The notes beneath the pieces are model-generated. The model did not search any database, had not been told where the DNA came from, and was given only the letters and a program-made list of their open reading frames with translations. Below, piece after piece: positions 1 to 14,543 of a stretch of DNA of 64,000 bases. The DNA is taken from NCBI RefSeq assembly GCF_009914755.1, contig NC_060943.1; one strand, given 5' to 3'. A program made the translations under genes and the position numbers. Source of the stretch: the human T2T-CHM13v2.0 reference genome, Homo sapiens. Numbering within the stretch: the first letter of the stretch is position 1; each line of letters opens with the position of its first letter.

Positions 1-97
1 TAATACTTCTGTATTTGGGGTATTTTTTTCTATTGTCCACTTTTCTGGTGTGTTTCCATCCATTGTTTTTGACTGATTCACTTCTTTGACTTAATGA

Positions 98-409
<312 letters not shown>

Positions 410-780
410 CCATGATATAGTATCTTTTTCCTTTAATGTTATCTCCTACATCTCATCACAAACATTTATGTATACTTCACAATTACCTTCTGGTTCCCAA
501 ATTATGACTCTTGCACAGTGAGGATTCTTCGAGATCTCTCCCTGTTTTCAGCACTCCCTGAAATGTTTTCAAAGCTTCCTTTATATTGACATTTATGGAT
601 ATTTTGAGCTAGTACAGATTTCTCCTACTCCAAGATATGGATTCACCTGTGCCTCCAGGAGCACTGGCTCGTCTAATAAAAATAAGAATTAGAAAATAAA
701 TCATATCACAGACCACAAACTGGACCCATGGGGTGAATTTTAATTGTTTTCCATGAATACAATTGCAGAGAGGATAATAT

Positions 781-1222
781 TGTTACCAGTGGAAGGTGTC
801 CAGGTTCTTGGTGTATTGGACAAAACGCACAAACAAGGCAATAAAAGAATGAAGCAAAAAACACAGATTCATTTAAATGAAAGTACACTCCACAGAGTAG
901 AAGTGGCCTCAAGCAAGCAGCTCAAGAGTGCTGGTTATAGAATTTTCTGGAGTTTAAATATGCTCTAGAGGTTTCCCATTGGCTACTTGGCTTACTCCCT
1001 ATGTAAATAAAGTAGTGGCCTGCAATCAGTCTGATTGGTCGTGGAAGGCAACCAATCAGAGGCTGAAGTGAAGTTACAAAGTTACATCCCTATGCAAATG
1101 AAGACTAGACCCTTGACCAGTCTGATTGTTGCAGGAGGGGACCAATCAGAAGTACTTTCCATTTCTCATCTGCAATGCAGAAAAAGGTGGGGTTGTAAAG
1201 GGTGTACCCTCTGTCCTTTTGT
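781..1222 (-). mobile_element. ERV1 LTR fragment (MER51-like)
   Basis: Starts tgttaccagtggaaggtgtccaggttcttgg; repeated CCAAT boxes. Confidence 0.7.
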
Positions 1223-1526
1223 TCTTGGGCTTGGGAAGTCGAGGTTGCTTTAGAGTGGTCAAAGGGCAGGGCTGGGGCAGACCCCAGGGGCAGTATGGAG
1301 GCCCCCCAGTATGTGTCCTGGAGGAGCCGAGCTCTCACACTCGGAATCTGTCCATCCCTGAGTTAGCACCCAGTTGCCTGGAACCCCCTCCTCCCCACAA
1401 CGACCCCATGACCTGTGCAGAGTGGGTGCCCTCAGCACCTGCAGCCTCTCCCTATCCTGATAGCAGCCATTTTTCTTATTTTCTCAATAACTCAGGAGGA
1501 CACACCCTCACCTGTGGACCTAGCTC

Positions 1527-4500
1527 TTTTTTTTTTTTTTTTCAAATTATACTTGAAGGTCTGGAATACATGTGCAGAATGTGCAGTTTTGTTACATAGG
1601 TGTACATGTGCCATGGTGATTTGCTGCACCTGTCAACCTGTCATCTACATTAGGTATTTCTCTAATGCTGTTCCTCCCCTTACCCCTGAGCCCCCCAACA
1701 GGCCTCGGTGTGTGATGTTCCCCTCCCTGTGTCTATGTGTTCTCAATATTCACTGAGAGACCTCTGTTCTGTTCCATTGGTCTATCTGTTTTGGTACCAG
1801 TACCATGCTCTTTTGGTTACTGTAGCCTTGTAGTATAGTTTGAAGTCAGGTAGCATGATGCCTCCAGCTTTGATCTTTTTGCTTAGCATTCTCTTGGCAA
1901 TATGGGCTCTTTTTTGGTTCCGTATGAACTTTAGAGTAGTTTTTTCTAATTCCATGAAGAAAGTCAATGGTAGCTTGACGAGAATAGCATTGAATCTATA
2001 CATTACTTTGGGCAGTATGGCCATTTTCACAATATTGATTTTTCCTATCCATGAACACGGAATGTTTTTCCATTTGTTTGTGTCCTCTCTTATTTGCTTG
2101 AGCAGTGGTTTGTAATTCTCCTCGAAGAGGTCCTTCACATCCCTTGTAAGTTGTATTCCTAGGTATTTTATTCTCTTTGTAGCAATTGTGAATGGGAGTT
2201 CACTCATGATTTGGCTCTCTGTTTGTCTATTATTGGTGTATAGGAATGCTTGTGATTTTTGCATATTGATTTAGTATCCTGAGACTTTGCTGAAGTTGTT
2301 TATCAGTTTAAGGAATTTTGGGGCTGAGATGATGGGGTTTTATAAATATACAATCATGTCATCTGCAGACAGAGACAATTTGACTTCCTCTCTTCTTATT
2401 TGAATACCTTTATTTCTTTCTCTTGCCTGATTTCCTCGGCCAGAACTTCCAATACTATGTTGAATAGGAGTGGTGACAGAGGGCATCTTTGTCTTATGCC
2501 AGTTTTCAAAGGGAATTCTTCCAGATTATGCCCATTCAGTATGATATTGGCTGTGGGTTTGATAAAAATAGCTCTTATTATTTTGAGATACATCCCATCG
2601 ATACCTAGTTTATTGAGTGTTTTTAGCATGAAGATGTGTTGAATTTTATCAAAGGCCTTTTCTGCGTCTGTTGAGATAATCATGTGGTTTTTGTCATTGG
2701 TTCTCTTTATGCGATGGATTACGTTTGTTGATTTGCATATGTTGAACCAGCCTTGCATCCCAGGGATGAAGCTGACTTGATCATGGTGGATAAGCTTTTT
2801 GATGTGCTGCTGGATGTGGTTTGCCACTATTTTATTGAGGATTTTCGCATCGATGTTCATCAGGGATATTGGCCCGAAATTTTCTTTTCTTGTTGTGTCT
2901 CTGCCAGGTTTTGGTATCAGGATGATGCTGGCCACATAAAATGAGTTAGAGAGGACTCCCTCTTTCTCTATTGATTGAAAGAGTTTCAGAAGGAATGGTA
3001 CCAGTTCCTCTTTGTACCTCTGGTAGAATTCAGCTGTGAATCTGTCTGGTCCTGGGCTTTTGTTGGTTGGTAGGCTATTAATTACTGAATCAGTTTCAGA
3101 ACTTGTTATTGGTCTATTCCAGGATTTGACTTCTTCCTGGTTTAGTCTTGGGAGGGTGTATGTGTCCAGGAATGTATCTATTTCTTCTAGATTTTCTACT
3201 TTATTTGCATAGAGGTGTTTATAGTATTCTCTGATGGTAGTTTGTATTTCTGTGGGATCAGTGGTGATATCCCCTTTATCCTTCTTTATTGTGTTTATTT
3301 GATTCTTCTCTCTTTTCTTCTTTATTAGTCTGGATAGTGGTCTATCTATTTTGCTAATCTTTTTTAAAAACCAGCTCCTGGATTCATTGATTTTTTGAAG
3401 GGCTTTTTGTGTCTCTATCTCCTTCATTTCTGCTCTGATCTTAGTTATTTCTTGTCTTCTTCTAGCTTTTGAATGTGTTTTCTCTTGCTTCTCTAGTTCT
3501 TTTAATTGTGATTTCAGGGTGTCGATTTTAGATCTTTCCCACTTTCTCATGTGGGCATTTAGTGCTATAAATTCCCCTCTAAACACTGCTTTATCTGTAT
3601 CCCAGAGATTCTCATAGGTTGTGTCTTTGTTCTCATTGGTTTCAAAGAACTTATTTATTTCTGCCTTAATTTTGTTATTTACCCAGTAGTCATTCAGGAG
3701 CAGATTATTCAGTTTCCATGTAGTTGTGCAGTTTTGAGTGAGTTTCTTAATCCTGAGTTCTAATTTGATTGCACTGTGGTCTGAGAGACTGTTCGTTATG
3801 ATTTCCATTCTCTTGCATTTGCTGAGGAGTGTTTTATTTCCAATTATGAGGTCAATTCTAGAATAAGTGCTATGTGGTGCTGAGAAGAATGTATAGTCTA
3901 TTGATTTGTGGTGGAGAGTTCTGTAGATGTCTATTAGGTCTGCTTGGTGCAGAGCTGAGTTCAAGTCCTGAATATCCTTGTTAATTTTCTGTCTTGTTGA
4001 TCTGTCTAATATTGACAGTGGGGTGTTAAAGTCTCCCACTATTATTGCGTGGGATTCTAAGTTTCTTTGTAGGTCTTTAAGAACTTGCTTTATGAATCTG
4101 GATGTTCCTGTATTGGGTGCATATATATTTAGGACAGTTAGCTCTTCTTTTGCATTGATGCCTTTACTATTATATAATGCCCTTCTTTGTCTTTTTTTTT
4201 ATCTTTGTTGGCTTAAAGTCTGTTTTATCAGAGACTAGGATTGCAACCCCTGCTTTTTGTTTGTTTGTTTGCTTGCTTTCCATTTGCTTGGTAAATATTC
4301 CTCCATCCCTTTATTTTGAGCCTAAGTGTGTCTTTGCACATGAGATGGGTCTCACGCACCAATGAGTCTTGACGCTTTATCCAATTTATCTGTCTGTGTC
4401 TTTTAATTGGGGCACTTAGCCCATTTATATTTAAGGTTAATATTGTTATGTGTGAATTTGATGCCATCATTATGATGTTACCTGGTTATTTTGCACATTA

Positions 4501-4818
4501 GTTGTTGCAGTTTCTTCATAGTGTCGATGGTCTTTACATTTTGGTATGTTTTTGCAGTGGCTGGTACTGGTTTTTTCTTTCCATATTTAATGTTTCCTTC
4601 AGGAGCTTTTGTAAGGCAGGCCTGGTGGTGACAAAATCCCTCAGCATTTGCTTGTCTATAAAGGATTTTATTTCTCCTTTGCTTATGAAGCTTTATTTCG
4701 CTGGATATAAAATTCTGGGTTGAAAACTGTTTTCTTTAAGAATGTTGAATATTGGCTCCTACTCTCTTCTGGCTTGTAGAGTTTCTGCAGAGAGATCCGC
4801 TGTTAGTCTGATGGGCCC
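1527..4818 (-). mobile_element. 5'-truncated L1 (L1PA7-like) with internal deletion near 1754; ORF2 EN/RT remnant 2396-4039
   Basis: Poly(T) at 1527; 3'UTR joined directly to ORF2 at ..WYWYQNR; 547-aa ORF2 fragment; ORF1 C-terminus at the right end. Confidence 0.95.
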
Positions 4819-4980
4819 TTCAGATTGAGAAATCCTTAGATTGGAGTCACTTCAAATCCAGAAGTTATGAGGACTGAGCTGGGCAATCTTCATTCCATAA
4901 TACATTTTTTGAAAAGTACATGCCCTTCCTATTCTATGAAAAGCTGCCCTGGCCTCAGAGATGAACACAACTGGCAAGCC

Positions 4981-5656
4981 TGCTCATGTAGTTTGGATGT
5001 TTCTCCCCTCCAAATCTCATGTTGAAATGTAATCCCCAATGTTAAAGGTGGGGCCTGGCTGGGTCATGAGGGCAGGTCCCTCATGAATGGCTAGGTCCTG
5101 TCCTCATGATAGTGAGTGATTTTGTACAAGGTCTGGTTATTTAGAAGTGTGTGGTGCCAGGAACAGTGGCTCATGCTTGTGATCCCAGAACTTTGGGAGA
5201 CTGAGGGAGGAGGATTACCTGAGGTCAGGAACTCAAGACCAGCCTGGCCAACATGGTGAAACTCCATCTGTACTAAAAATACAAAAATTCGCCAGACTTG
5301 ATGGTGCACACCTGTAATCCCAGCTACTTGGGAGGCTGAGGTAGAAGAATAGCTTGAACTCAGGAAGCAGAAGTTGCGGTGAGCTGAGATTGTGCCACTG
5401 CATTCCAGCCTGAATGACAGGGTGAGACTGTCATGGAGTGACACCTCCCCCCTGCCACTTACTACCACTCTCACCATGTGTTATATCTATTCCTCTTCCC
5501 TTTCTGCCACAAGTAAAAGCTTCACTGGAAGCCAAATAAATGCTGTCACCCTGTTTCTTGTGCATCATGCAGAAACATGAGCCAATTAACTTCTTTTTTT
5601 GCAAATTATCTGGTCTCAGGTATTTCTTTATAGCAACACAAAAGTGGCCTAATACA
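4981..5656 (+). mobile_element. MaLR LTR (MSTB-like) interrupted by an AluS (about 5156-5432)
   Basis: MST-type ends (gtttggatgt...aaatctcatgttgaaatgtaatcccc; ...ctaataca) with an Alu body inside. Confidence 0.8.
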
Positions 5657-6199
5657 CCTGCCTTCCCCCCAATACATAGAAGTTTATATGAGGAACAGGG
5701 ACTGATCTTTATAAAGCCACAAAGAGTGCTAAGAAAGAATCTCACAAAAGTCCACAGGAGAAAAATTCAACCTGATGATGAGGTTGCAAAATCTGCGAGC
5801 TGAGAAGGAGTTCCTATTGTGGGTCCCACAGAGATGTCTGGGAGAACTCCAAGGTCACCATAGGGTGGTCTGGGGTGAAAGAGAGGTGCCACCTTATCCT
5901 TACAGATTGTCACCTGAGCAAAGACTCTTGATCTTCTGCAGAGGGTCAGGGCCATCCCCTGGATGGTTTCCTTTGCACACCTCATGGTGGAACCTGAGAG
6001 CTGGCTGGGATCTCTGGGAAGGAACATGGCCCCAGGCCCCAGGAAACTCTCAGTCATTCATCTCCTCTCTTTGTCCACAGGGTCAGTGGCTCACTCCTCC
6101 TTCTGAACCAGCAGCTTACCTCCAGCAAAATGATCCTTTCAGGCTGACTGTGAAATAGCAGACATCTGAGTCCTCTGTTATAGGTTATTAAATCTAAAA

Positions 6200-6750
6200 T
6201 CAAATTTTTCTCTGCTTGGAGGCATTTTATTATAAAAAGTTGGTACTCGTACACATAAACTAATATAAACTTGAAATTTACTATACATTTACATTTCTTA
6301 GCTTGTCCTTACAGTAAATTTTTAGCTTCATTGATCTTGGCTATTATATAAAGAGACCCTCTTTTGTCTGGGTGATTTAAGAGCATAACATGTTGATAAG
6401 AACCTCTTACTGTTTCCTTTATTGGCGTTAGGGCTTACATCTAGTATTAGTGCTGCTTCCTGTTTTGTCATTTTGGGTTCAACCCCACCTCTGTCGTAAT
6501 AACCTCTGAAAAATATTTTGGTAGACTTTGAAAAACTTGTTTTACTTGAGGCTTTCTGTGCTTCGTGGCTTGCCAAACATAACAGCTTGCAAATCCTGCA
6601 GCAGCAGTCGGTACAGCTGCTACCACTGCACAGGCCATGGCTCCAGCCTGGCTCCCCTGCTTCCACCAGGAGGGTGGATCATCCCAGCCCAGAGGCCGCA
6701 CCCACTACCTACTTGGCTTTACCAGAGAGCAATGCAGCAGCGACCACAGT
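6200..6750 (-). pseudogene. DNAJC19P2: DNAJC19 (TIM14/PAM18) processed pseudogene
   Basis: ATG at 6638; MACAVVA...AAAGFA...KPQVKQVFQSLPK then, frameshifted, GYYDRGGVEPKMTKQEAALILDVSPNANKG; intronless; AATAAA near 6226-6231. The P-number is from memory of locus order. Confidence 0.9.
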
Positions 6751-7739
6751 AGTCACAAATTGCCCAAGCACCTTTTTCCTTTTTAAAGTGGTGGTGATGA
6801 TGCATTTACTTTATTGAGCTGTTGTGAATAGTCAATGAAATCAGGTGACTTGCATTGAGTCCATAAATACTAAACACTGTGGACTGACGTTGTCATTGTT
6901 GGCTTAAGGTCCCATTCAACACCAGATACCACTGTTTGTCTCAGTTGCACCATCTCCACAGTGGTGGCAACATCGTTTCCCTCAGAGGATGGACCATAAT
7001 TGTGTTTGAGGGTGAGAACATGTTATCAGAGGGAAGGAAAACTCCTGGTCTGTGGAAGGGCCACAGTGTCCCTCTAAGCCAAGTCACAACATTGTTTGAG
7101 AAAGTACCAACCAAATTTCCGCTGTGTTCACTGAGCCTGAGTCTGAGACATTCACCTGTTTCTCCCATTACAGGCTGTGGACCCCAAGCCTCCCATGACA
7201 GGAGCAGTCCCTCTCCACCTATTTTTGGTCAGGGCTGTGCCCTTCCGGGTTTGCCTGGGGCAGGAAGTCACAGCCAGCCTGGGTATCCAAGGGCAGGGGT
7301 CTGTGTTCTTGGACCCAAGGGGAAGTGAATGGTTTGAGCTCTGGCTATGTGGATTTGAGCTGGCAGCCTGAGCCCCAGAAGAAGAGAAGATACACGGGAC
7401 ATTCAGGCTAACTGGGTCGCTGCAGTCGGCATTCACTGGGTTCTGGGTTCCACTCTCATAGAGTCCTGTGTCACTACCTGTGACACTGAGTAAAGTGAAG
7501 GTCCTGTTGCCCTTGGACATCTTCAGCCTGGGACTGGCCAGGAAGCTCTGACCCCTTACTCACCACAGGTATGTTGTGTCCTGAGTCTCAGGTTCACAGT
7601 TTAACCTACAGAGTCTTTGTCCTCCACGGGGGTCCTGTTGCCTTGATGGAGGGCTTTGTAAGCTCTACTGTGCAGATAACAGAGAGAAGACTGCCCTATG
7701 GGGCACCCTGATTACTCCATAGTGAACATGGAACGCATA

Positions 7740-7962
7740 TAGCATGCACGTTTTCTTATCAAACTTGTGTAAGTCAAACCTTCATGAATATTAATAGCTC
7801 CTCCTAAACCCTATTGAATGTCTACTTGGCCAACCTGTTCAGCGTCAAACCCTGTTCCACCCTCCCTCCTTCAAGTGCCTGCTATTGGTCTCTGCAGGAA
7901 GCTGCACTTGCTAGCCTGAGGAATGGCCAGCAGGCAGGCTGTAATATTTTATAAAAAATAAA
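7740..7962 (+). mobile_element. ERV1 LTR fragment (MER34/MER39-like)
   Basis: cttcatgaatattaatagctcctcct...gcaggctgtaa...aaataaag motif string. Confidence 0.6.
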
Positions 7963-7965
7963 GGC

Positions 7966-8151
7966 ACCAGGTGCAATAGTTCAGGCATGTAATGCCAGTC
8001 CTTTGGGAGGCCATAGAGGGAGGATTGCTAGAGGATAGGAGTTGGAGACCACCCTGGGCAACATAGCAAGACCCCATCTCTAAAACAATTTTTTAAAAAA
8101 TTAGCAGAGCATGGTAGCAAGTGTCTGTAGTCTCAGCTATGATGGAGGCTG
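7966..8151 (+). mobile_element. AluJ truncated in the right arm by a deletion
   Basis: Left arm, A-rich linker and start of right arm, ending at ggaggctg. Confidence 0.8.
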
Positions 8152-9779
8152 GTGTCCTCTCCCTTATTCCCACTTCAGCAGAAACCCTCGATCCCTCTCA
8201 GAGCCCTGCCCTCCCCAGGAGACCACTGCCAGTCTCTATTCTCCCTCCTCCCACCCACTCCCAGAGAATCTTCCCCTCACCTATTACCAAGAGCCCCTGC
8301 CAGGGAATGAATCCTCTGCGGGGAGGGGCTGAGGGGGTCCCAGGGTCTCTGCTGCCTGCTCTGTCCTCCACTGTGGAGAAGAGCTTGGGCTCCAGAAATG
8401 CTCCCAAGCATGGCTGCTCTGACTGTCAGCTGTGCTGTTTGTGCTGAAACTCCTCCCAGGGCACTTCCCAGGTGGGCCTGAGGTGTGGTCTCAGCCCAGG
8501 ATGCTTCTCTGTCCCCTCCCTTCTCACACTTGCCTCCTTTTTCTTTGCCTTTTCCTTCACTTCTGTCTACATTTTGGCTCCCCCAGAACATGCTTTGAGA
8601 AGCAACTCTTATTTGGACCGCTGTACCATAACAGGATGAGCTGCGTTCCTCTGCGCTGACCTCTGCTGTGTCCTGGGTGTGGATCTCTTATGCACCACGC
8701 AGAGAGTCCCTAGGGTCCCCCAACCCAGCTTTTTCCTCTATGACACAGAAACCCCTCTGTGCATTCAGAGTCTTCCTAGTGTTCTCTAATGGCTGGGAAA
8801 GTTGGATTTACTCCCAACAAGGAGGTCACAGAGATGTCCAGGGAGAGGGTTCCTAGAAATGCACACATGGGGCTAAAACCCATGTCTAAGATTCTTAGTT
8901 TTCCTTTATGCAGCACTATGAGACTTTAATTTTATAGACATAACTGAAGATGAAGCTGCCTGGTGCTATAGTATTATGTCTCCCAAGCCTCAGATATTTA
9001 TAGACCATCTCTATAATGTTTTCTACAGTTTGTACCATCTTTATTATTATTGACTTCATACATTTTTTCTAAATAAATTTACTTTACAAAACACCCTTGT
9101 CCCAGCAGCGTGCAATGGCTTACATTGTAATCCCAGGTACTTGAGAGGCTAAGATGGGGGGATCACTTGAAGCCAGGAGTTTGAAACAAAACATCCCCGT
9201 CCTTTGCAATATTGTCCATGAAATTAAAGGTTTTGTGAATTTGCTTAAAATTGTTTCTAACATGCATTAAAATAAACATATAACTATTAAAGTTTCTTAA
9301 AAGCTTATTTATGTTCCACCTAAAGTCAGTTTTGGGAAACACTGATACAGTGGAATAACCATGGACTTTTTATATCCAGAGAGACCTGGGACTCACTACT
9401 GGTTCTGTCACTTAACTGTGTCATCTTGCACGAGTCACTTGGCTTCTTTGATCCTCGATTCCATAATTTTTAAAATGATGATGATAAAATCCACTTTGCA
9501 AGCTGTTAGGAATAAGATTTGCTTCAGTCAGGAGGTGGAGGTTGCAGTGAGCTATGATTGCACCACTGCACTCCAGCTTGGATGACGGAGCAAGACTCTG
9601 TCAATGAAAAAGAAAAGAAAGAGAGAGAGAAAAGAAAGAGTTACTTCCACTTGTTAGGACTTGTGGTGCGTCTGCCATTGTTTTCATTTCCCAGTTCCAC
9701 TACCTATGTGCTCTGTGATTTTGATCAAGTTGCCTAACTTTTCCTCATTTACCTAATTTGTAAAATGTGGGGTTTACCA

Positions 9780-10995
9780 GTACACTAGTGTGAGTGTTAT
9801 TTCCCAGCTCTGACCACTAGAGGGCGTAGGAGCATCGGCACCCACTGGCAATGGATGTGTCGGTGCCCATGGTTTACCAACATCATTCTCCCATGAAAGG
9901 AACCAGGGCTCCCTGGAGAAATAGCTGATCCAGGGCTGGGGCAGGAAAGCACAAGAGAAGCCCGGAGCTTTTTGTGAGGCCAGAAAGTAAGGAACCACTC
10001 GAAAAATTATGGGAATGTTTCAAAAGATTACAGGGAGCTTAGAATTACCAATTTTGGGACAACATGAGCAACATAATAATGATAGCAATGGATTCCAACC
10101 CATAAATATCCATGAGTCCATGCTGATATAAATAATTGAACAAAGAAATAAATAAGGAAGAAGAAATAGCTCTTTCTTATAGCAGAATTCCAATTAATAA
10201 ATGTAGAAGGAATTATGGAAATAAAAAATCACTATTTGGCTAACACCACAGTAATAATTGTTTATAGGCAAGAATCAAGAACCATCCACAGATTCTAAAA
10301 ATTAATGGGTAAAGGTAAGATGATGCTGTAACTATTGAGTATGAAGGAGGGGTCAGGGGAAGTAAGGTGAGAAGAAACAGGCTACTGGTTTATTCCCAAA
10401 GTATCTGTCCACAAGATACTTATTAATTACAATGAGATGAATAGTAACTTTATAGTAGAGAAACCTGGCAAACACCACCTGAACCAAGCGCTTAAAGTGA
10501 ACCTCATCGGTAATGAGAGATATGGACATCCTGGGGCTCCAGGTGGGATGTCCTGAGAAAGACACATCACTTCTGTGCTAATCTTACCCAAAATGCATAA
10601 CCTAAAACATCCCAAGGAAACAGGAGACAAACCCAAATTGAGAGGCATTCTACAAAACAACTGACCAGACCTCCTCAAAAGTGTCAAGGTCCTGAGAGAG
10701 GGAAAGAGTGGGAAACTCCCCCAGGTTGGAGGAGGCCTAGGAGATGTGACAGTGTTATTCAGTGTCAGATCTTGGATTGGATTTGGGAGCAGAAAAAGGA
10801 CATGAGTGGGATGATTAGCAAAATTTGAATATTTGTAGATCCCCTTGGTTAATGTTATTGCACCAATGCTAGTTCCCTGATATGAACAATTATATTAGTT
10901 ATAGAAGATGTTATTTGAAAAAAAAAGCTGGATAAAGGATAAACTGGAACCCTATTTTTAAAGATTTTTGAATGTTTAAAAATAAACATGATAAA
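9780..10995 (+). mobile_element. Old L1 3' region (L1MC-like)
   Basis: aggaaccagggctccctggagaaatagctga and gagaaacctggcaaacaccacct motifs. Confidence 0.65.
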
Positions 10996-10998
10996 TGA

Positions 10999-11330
<332 letters not shown>

Positions 11331-11601
11331 AAACGTGATAAATGAAAAGTCAAAATTTTAAAAATGCTTTAGATTTCTGTGAGGCCAAAATGAGTGTATA
11401 GTGCTTAGAACAATGCTTGTGACATAGGAGTTCTTAACATGTCAGCTATTATTATAAGTACTTTTATAATTAATAAGTAATGTTATAAGGAAAGAGTAAT
11501 CTGTTATTATAAGTAATTTATTTCCTAATGTCCTCATATATTCTCATATTTTTTTCCTCTCTGCTGTTAAATCCATATAGAGCATGTACTTGGTTATTTT
11601 A

Positions 11602-12111
<510 letters not shown>

Positions 12112-12134
12112 TCACCCTCGTGCTTTAGGAGAGA

Positions 12135-12558
12135 TATTTTATTTTATTTTATTTTATTTTATTTATTGTTAGTTCAATAGTTTTTGGTTACATGGATAAT
12201 TTCTTTAGTGGTCATTTCTGATATTTTGGTGCACCCATCACCCAAGCTGTGTATACTGTACCCAATGTGTAGTCTTTAATCCCTCACCCTTCTCCCACCC
12301 CTTCCCGCTAAGTCCCCAAAGTCCATTACATTATCCCGATGCCTTTGCATTCTCATAGTTTAGTTCCCACTTATAATTGAGAACATGTGATATTTGTTTT
12401 TCCATTCCTGAGTTTCTTAGAATAATGGCCTCCAGCTCCATTCGAGTTGCTGCAAAAGACCATAATTTCTTTCCTTTTTATGGCTGAGTTAGTAGTCCAT
12501 GTTGTATATATACCACCTTTTCTTTATCCACTTGTTGGTTGAGGGGCACTTAAGTTGG
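12135..12558 (-). mobile_element. L1PB-like 3' end fragment
   Basis: (TTTTA)n tail followed by L1PB 3'UTR; TSD-like taggagaga / taggagcga. Confidence 0.8.
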
Positions 12559-12679
12559 TAGGAGCGACTTTAGAAATTCCACTCAGTCTATTCCTTGAAC
12601 GCTTTCTAGCTCACATTGTGGATCCTTTAATCTTCACAACATGTCTCTGTAAGAAGTGGTATTTTTAACATTTATTTTA

Positions 12680-12982
12680 TTTATTATTTATTAATTTATT
12701 TTGACAGGGCCTCGCTCTGTCATCCAGGCTGGAGTGCAATGGTGCAACTATGCTCACCGCAGCCTCAACCACCTCCAGTTCATATAACCCTCTGCCTCCG
12801 CCTTCCAGTAGCTGGAACCTCAAGGGCACACCACCGCACCTGGCTAATTTTTTAAAAAATTTTCTAGAGACAGGGTCTCACTTTGTTGCCAGGGCTGGTC
12901 TCAAATGCCTAGCTTCAAGTGCTCCTCCTGTTTCAGCCTCCCAAAGTGCTGGGGTTACAAGCTTGAGCCACCAAAGCTGGCT
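12680..12982 (-). mobile_element. AluJ inserted in a MIR
   Basis: Diverged dimeric Alu; MIR core to about 13110. Confidence 0.8.
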
Positions 12983-13167
12983 AAGAAGGAGTATTTAATC
13001 CTCTTAAGATGATAAAACTGAGGTTCAAAAGAGTAAAGCAACTTGCCCAGGGTTGCAAAGGGAGTGGCAGAGCCAGAATTTGGACCTAGGTCCCCCTGAC
13101 TTCCAGGCTGAGTATAAATGTCTAGGTGAATCTAAATGTGTATCCAGGTAGAGAAGTATTGGTGTAG

Positions 13168-13398
13168 AGCAGGTGTTGTCAATTGGGGGTGGTTTCCCCC
13201 ACAGAGACAGTTGGCAATGTCTGGAGATATTTTTAGTTTTCATAACAGGGGTGGGGATGGGAGAGATGGAAGGCTGCTATTGGCATCTAGTGAAGAAAGG
13301 CCACGTGGATGCTGCTGAACAATGCACAAGGCACAGAACAGCCCCCACCACAAGCAATTGTTCAGCCCAAATATCAGCAGAACTGCTATGAAGCCCTG
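13168..13398 (+). mobile_element. MER20 hAT DNA transposon
   Basis: ttggcaatgtctggagatattttt...gctattggcatctagtg...ggatgctgctgaaca. Confidence 0.8.
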
Positions 13399-14502
13399 GT
13401 TGGACTTAGAAACCTGAAGATGCATTCTTGCAGTTAGCTAATGTTTGCCAAGTACTGAGCTGGACAACGTGAGGGATATGGAAACAGTGCACCACTTTGT
13501 GCTGCCAAGGAGGCTGCAGCCTAGAAGGTCAGGGGTTGGAGGCAGGAGAGGCGCATGAAGGCCTTCAACATAAGGCAGCAGATGATAAGTGTCAAGAACA
13601 GAGCGTCCAGTAGGGCTAGGCCAGCTCTCAGGAGGGAGACCACATGTCTGGCTGTGGGAGAAACTGAGGGAAGCTGTGGGAAGGTGGTTTTGAGCTGGGT
13701 GTGTGAGCAAAGTTGAGCTGATGGGAAAACACAAGACCTGTTCAGGGAAGGGCAAAAAGTCTAGTTTGGGTGGGGAGAGAGTATTTTTTTATTGAGTAGA
13801 GAGGGAAATGCTGGAAAAGCAGGTTGGGGCTAGAGCTTTGAGTCCAGGCTAAGGACTCAAGCCTGGGTGTCTGTCACAGAGATGGAAAAGCCTTTCCTCT
13901 CAGAATGGTTGTCTAGACCGTAGGGCTACGGGGCTCAGCAGTTTCCCGAGTGCTCTCTCTACAAAGGAGGGGACATTGGAAATTGTAGTGTAGGAGGGTG
14001 AACATCTCCTGATTTTAGGACCAATTTCATGCTGAGTATGTGACAAACCCATTTCACATCAAAGTGGCCCTTGGGTAGATGGTGTTCCCAAGTGAAAATT
14101 TACATGGGGTGAGCTCTCTTCTGCGTGGTTGCTCTGTGAAAGCCTGGGCCACTTTATACTGAAAACCCAGAGCAGACTTGAAGCCCCTAAGCAAAGGTTT
14201 GCTACCCTAAAGGTGAGTTGCTACAGCAGGACTTGCTATGGATAAAGTTGCAAATATGGACACTACCTGGTGACAGGATTTTTCTAGTTTATTACTTTAC
14301 CATTAAATAGCATTAAGACATGTTTGTGGCATGTATGGTACACTGTAAAGACTATAAGTAAGGATTTCCTGACCTTCTATACATGTACAGTTGCCTTTAA
14401 CAACCTCCCACCTCTGCCACCATGTTTGGCCCCAGAGAAATGCATTACTCTTCTGGAAAAGGGGTTAGAGGAGAAGGCAAGAGAGCAAATATTTGTTGAG
14501 CT

Positions 14503-14505
<3 letters not shown>

Positions 14506-14541
<36 letters not shown>
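14506..14541. repeat. (GT)n microsatellite
   Basis: About 18 GT units. Confidence 0.95.

Positions 14542-14543
<2 letters not shown>

Larger units (their letters stand above)
7015..8870 (-). pseudogene. Unprocessed CEACAM relic: promoter, leader exon (8281-8343) and A exon (7394-7667); N exon deleted
   Basis: Leader GTPSAPPRRGFIPWQGLLVI with ATG lost; A exon has frameshifts, TGG>TGA and YEC>YES; promoter and introns align to CEACAM7. Confidence 0.9.

Noticed and set aside
1465-1520. Resemblance to a CEACAM leader-exon donor (ccctcacctgtg)
   Set aside because: Similarity is too short and no leader exon is recognisable beside it.
2396-4039. 547-aa ORF as a host gene
   Set aside because: It is an L1 ORF2 fragment with a truncated EN and a frameshifted RT, in a deleted element.
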